DNA of 54,001 nucleotides, the filler included, from Sluysia triapertura (Eukaryota): NCBI GenBank assembly GCA_046118255.1. It is 4 parts of 4 records of this genome, joined end to end, with 100 filler letters (N's around TTAATTAATTAA, not from the genome) between each part and the next. Parts side by side here need not be neighbours in the genome. Positions count along the whole stretch, not along the records: positions 40,414 to 54,001 come from JBJNIA010030608.1; 3 more parts are not named here. One strand, given 5' to 3'. The notes beneath the pieces are model-generated. The model was not told where the DNA came from, did no database searches, and saw only the letters and a program-made list of their open reading frames with translations. Shown one piece after another: positions 51,841 through 54,001 of this stretch. The position numbers and the translations under genes are program-made. Numbering within the stretch: the first letter of the stretch is position 1; the number at the start of each line of letters is the position of its first letter.

Positions 51841-54001
51841 TATTTATGTTTCTAAAATATTTAATTTAAATTAATTTAATTTAATAAATTTAATTTAATT
51901 TAATTTAGTTATTATTTCATAATAAGAATGTCTAACATTTTTTGAAAACAAAATATTGCTGGCTTTAAATTTAAAAACACTTATTTTTAATTGTAGAATT
52001 ACTTTACGCTTCTCTTAAATAATTTTGAAATAGTTTTATTCTATATTCATAATTTTATTTTCTTATACATATTATTTCAACAATTATTATTGAATAATAT
52101 TGTTTTCCAAGTAATTATTTGATACAAATTATTTTATAAATTCTATATAAGAATTTATTATTATTGTTATAAAATATATTGCTTTAATTAAGAAATAAAA
52201 ACTAGACATTTAACAATATTTAATTTATGACAAATAACAAACACATATTGTGTTTTCGAAAAGTTTAAATATGGAAGGGTTGTAAATACGTATTTTAATT
52301 GATATTTTTATATAAAATTATTTATATTTTATTATCTTATGTTTTATGTATTTATTAAAAAAAACTATAAATATTATAAATACTGTAAAAATTATTACAA
52401 TTACTATTATTTAAAAAAATCTAATTACAATTATATTAAAATTAAAAATAATAATACTTAATTATTTTAAAAGTAATTCAAAAAGAAATTTATAGAAATG
52501 AATTGTTTTAGTAAATAAAATTAAAAAATATAATTCTTTATAATACAAAAAACTATATAAACAAAGAGCAGTAGAACCACCATTTTGACAATTTCTATTT
52601 ATTAGTATAGCGACCATATCATCGTTTCGGTTTCTTTTGGGTAATCAGCGGCATTAGCGATCCAAATCAATTATAAAGCAGAATTATATTTCGCGTATTC
52701 GATTAGAAAGATTTCAGCTCCAAATTCTCTTCAAGACATACCTTCAATCTCGAATATTCTATCATCATTTATTAAATTATTGATTGGATAGTAAGTTTAT
52801 TTTAAATAAAGCGAAAACTCGCCAGAGTTAAAATCTCTACTTAAAATCATTAAGGTCATTAAGATCACCTTAAAATATAAAATCATCGTCTTTTAGTTAG
52901 CCCTTAAGGTTAATTATAAAATCATTATCAGCAGGTAGAGTCTTCGGGCTAGACCTCTTATTATAAATAATTTAATATTGTTATTATCAATATTATTTGA
53001 TTAACATTGTTTATATTATCATTTTTCATAAACCTATAATTGTTTTATTTTAATTTCGTCGTGTTTACTTTTGTTATATAATAAACTTTTAGTCATTTTG
53101 AAGTTTTAGTTCATTAGAATAGTGATTCCTAGTAAATAGTTGTAGTTTTAAATATAATAGAGGAATACGTTTTTATACTTATATTTTCAGCATTATTCTT
53201 AAACTTAAATACAGATGTCAGAATTTGGTCGTTGTTTGCGTTATATTTTATAAGTTATTTGGTTTTCTGTCGACATAACCGACGACTTTGTTAAAATAAA
53301 AAGTATTTTTTATACAGTTAATCTTTAAGATTGTTCTCACATAATTTTACAGTTTTTATATTAAGAAAAACACCAGCTAATATAAAAATTATAAAATTTA
53401 ATAATTGAAACTTATTCATTCAAACATTCAATGTTGTTTTTATTATTTGCGATACTTTTTTCTTATATTTTTTAATTTTTTTCTGATTTATGAATAGATT
53501 CTTTTAATTCATTTTAATTTATTTTTAACCTAGGATAATAACAATATTTTACTAAAAATAAAATGAGTTCATAAAACAAAACTTTAATAAAACGAATTCA
53601 TTTATTATTCGCTTAGTCAGACTAGAATTATTTTTTAACAATAATTAAATTTTTAATTTATTTTCATTGAACTAATATTATTATTTTTATTATTATTTTT
53701 ATTATTATTATTATTATTATTATATATCTATGTTAAGTTTACCTTTATTTTATATTAAAAAATAATATAATAAAATAATGAATAATATTTAACAAAAACA
53801 AGGCTTTAAAGTTGAGTTTAATGTATAATATATTTAATATAATATAATATAATATAATACATAATATAATATAATATATAATATATCTTAAAGATCTTAT
53901 TATTTAAAAATATTATTAAATGTTGCAAAACTTTAAATAATTAAGCAACGTGTTGGTAATAGTTTTTATTTGAATAAATATAAAAGTAAAGATAACATAT
54001 A

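Noticed and set aside
44700-53000. Scattered exon-like pieces (~44740-44810, 48321-48388, 49960-50590, 52570-52790)
   Set aside because: Could not be spliced into a coherent frame or assigned to a family by eye.

Overview
Very AT-rich eukaryotic (animal) genomic DNA. The window is not contiguous: three artificial 100-bp linkers (44 N + TTAATTAATTAA + 44 N) join four unrelated contigs (1-14597, 14698-27383, 27484-40313, 40414-54001). The only firmly recognisable gene is SMARCD/BAF60 (SWI/SNF subunit, + strand, from 19745; seven exons seen, five introns of only 32-35 nt, 3' exons not found). It lies head-to-head with a two-exon gene for a Q/N/S-rich protein. Two observations stand out. (1) About 4 kb downstream of the last BAF60 exon seen, on the opposite strand, an intron-less copy of the BAF60 5' end is fused in frame to a ~20-unit decapeptide repeat array, giving a 403-aa chimeric ORF. 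(2) Three ~140-160-bp TG...CA elements with 4-bp target duplications each carry a tRNA-like Pol III cassette, resembling solo LTRs with an embedded tRNA; two of them bracket a decayed Ty3/Gypsy protease-RT region. The rest is transposon debris (piggyBac and hAT MITEs, Tc1/mariner, L2-type LINE), decayed gene fragments and (AAT)n microsatellites. Tiny introns and base composition suggest a compact-genome invertebrate such as an orthonectid; this is inference only.
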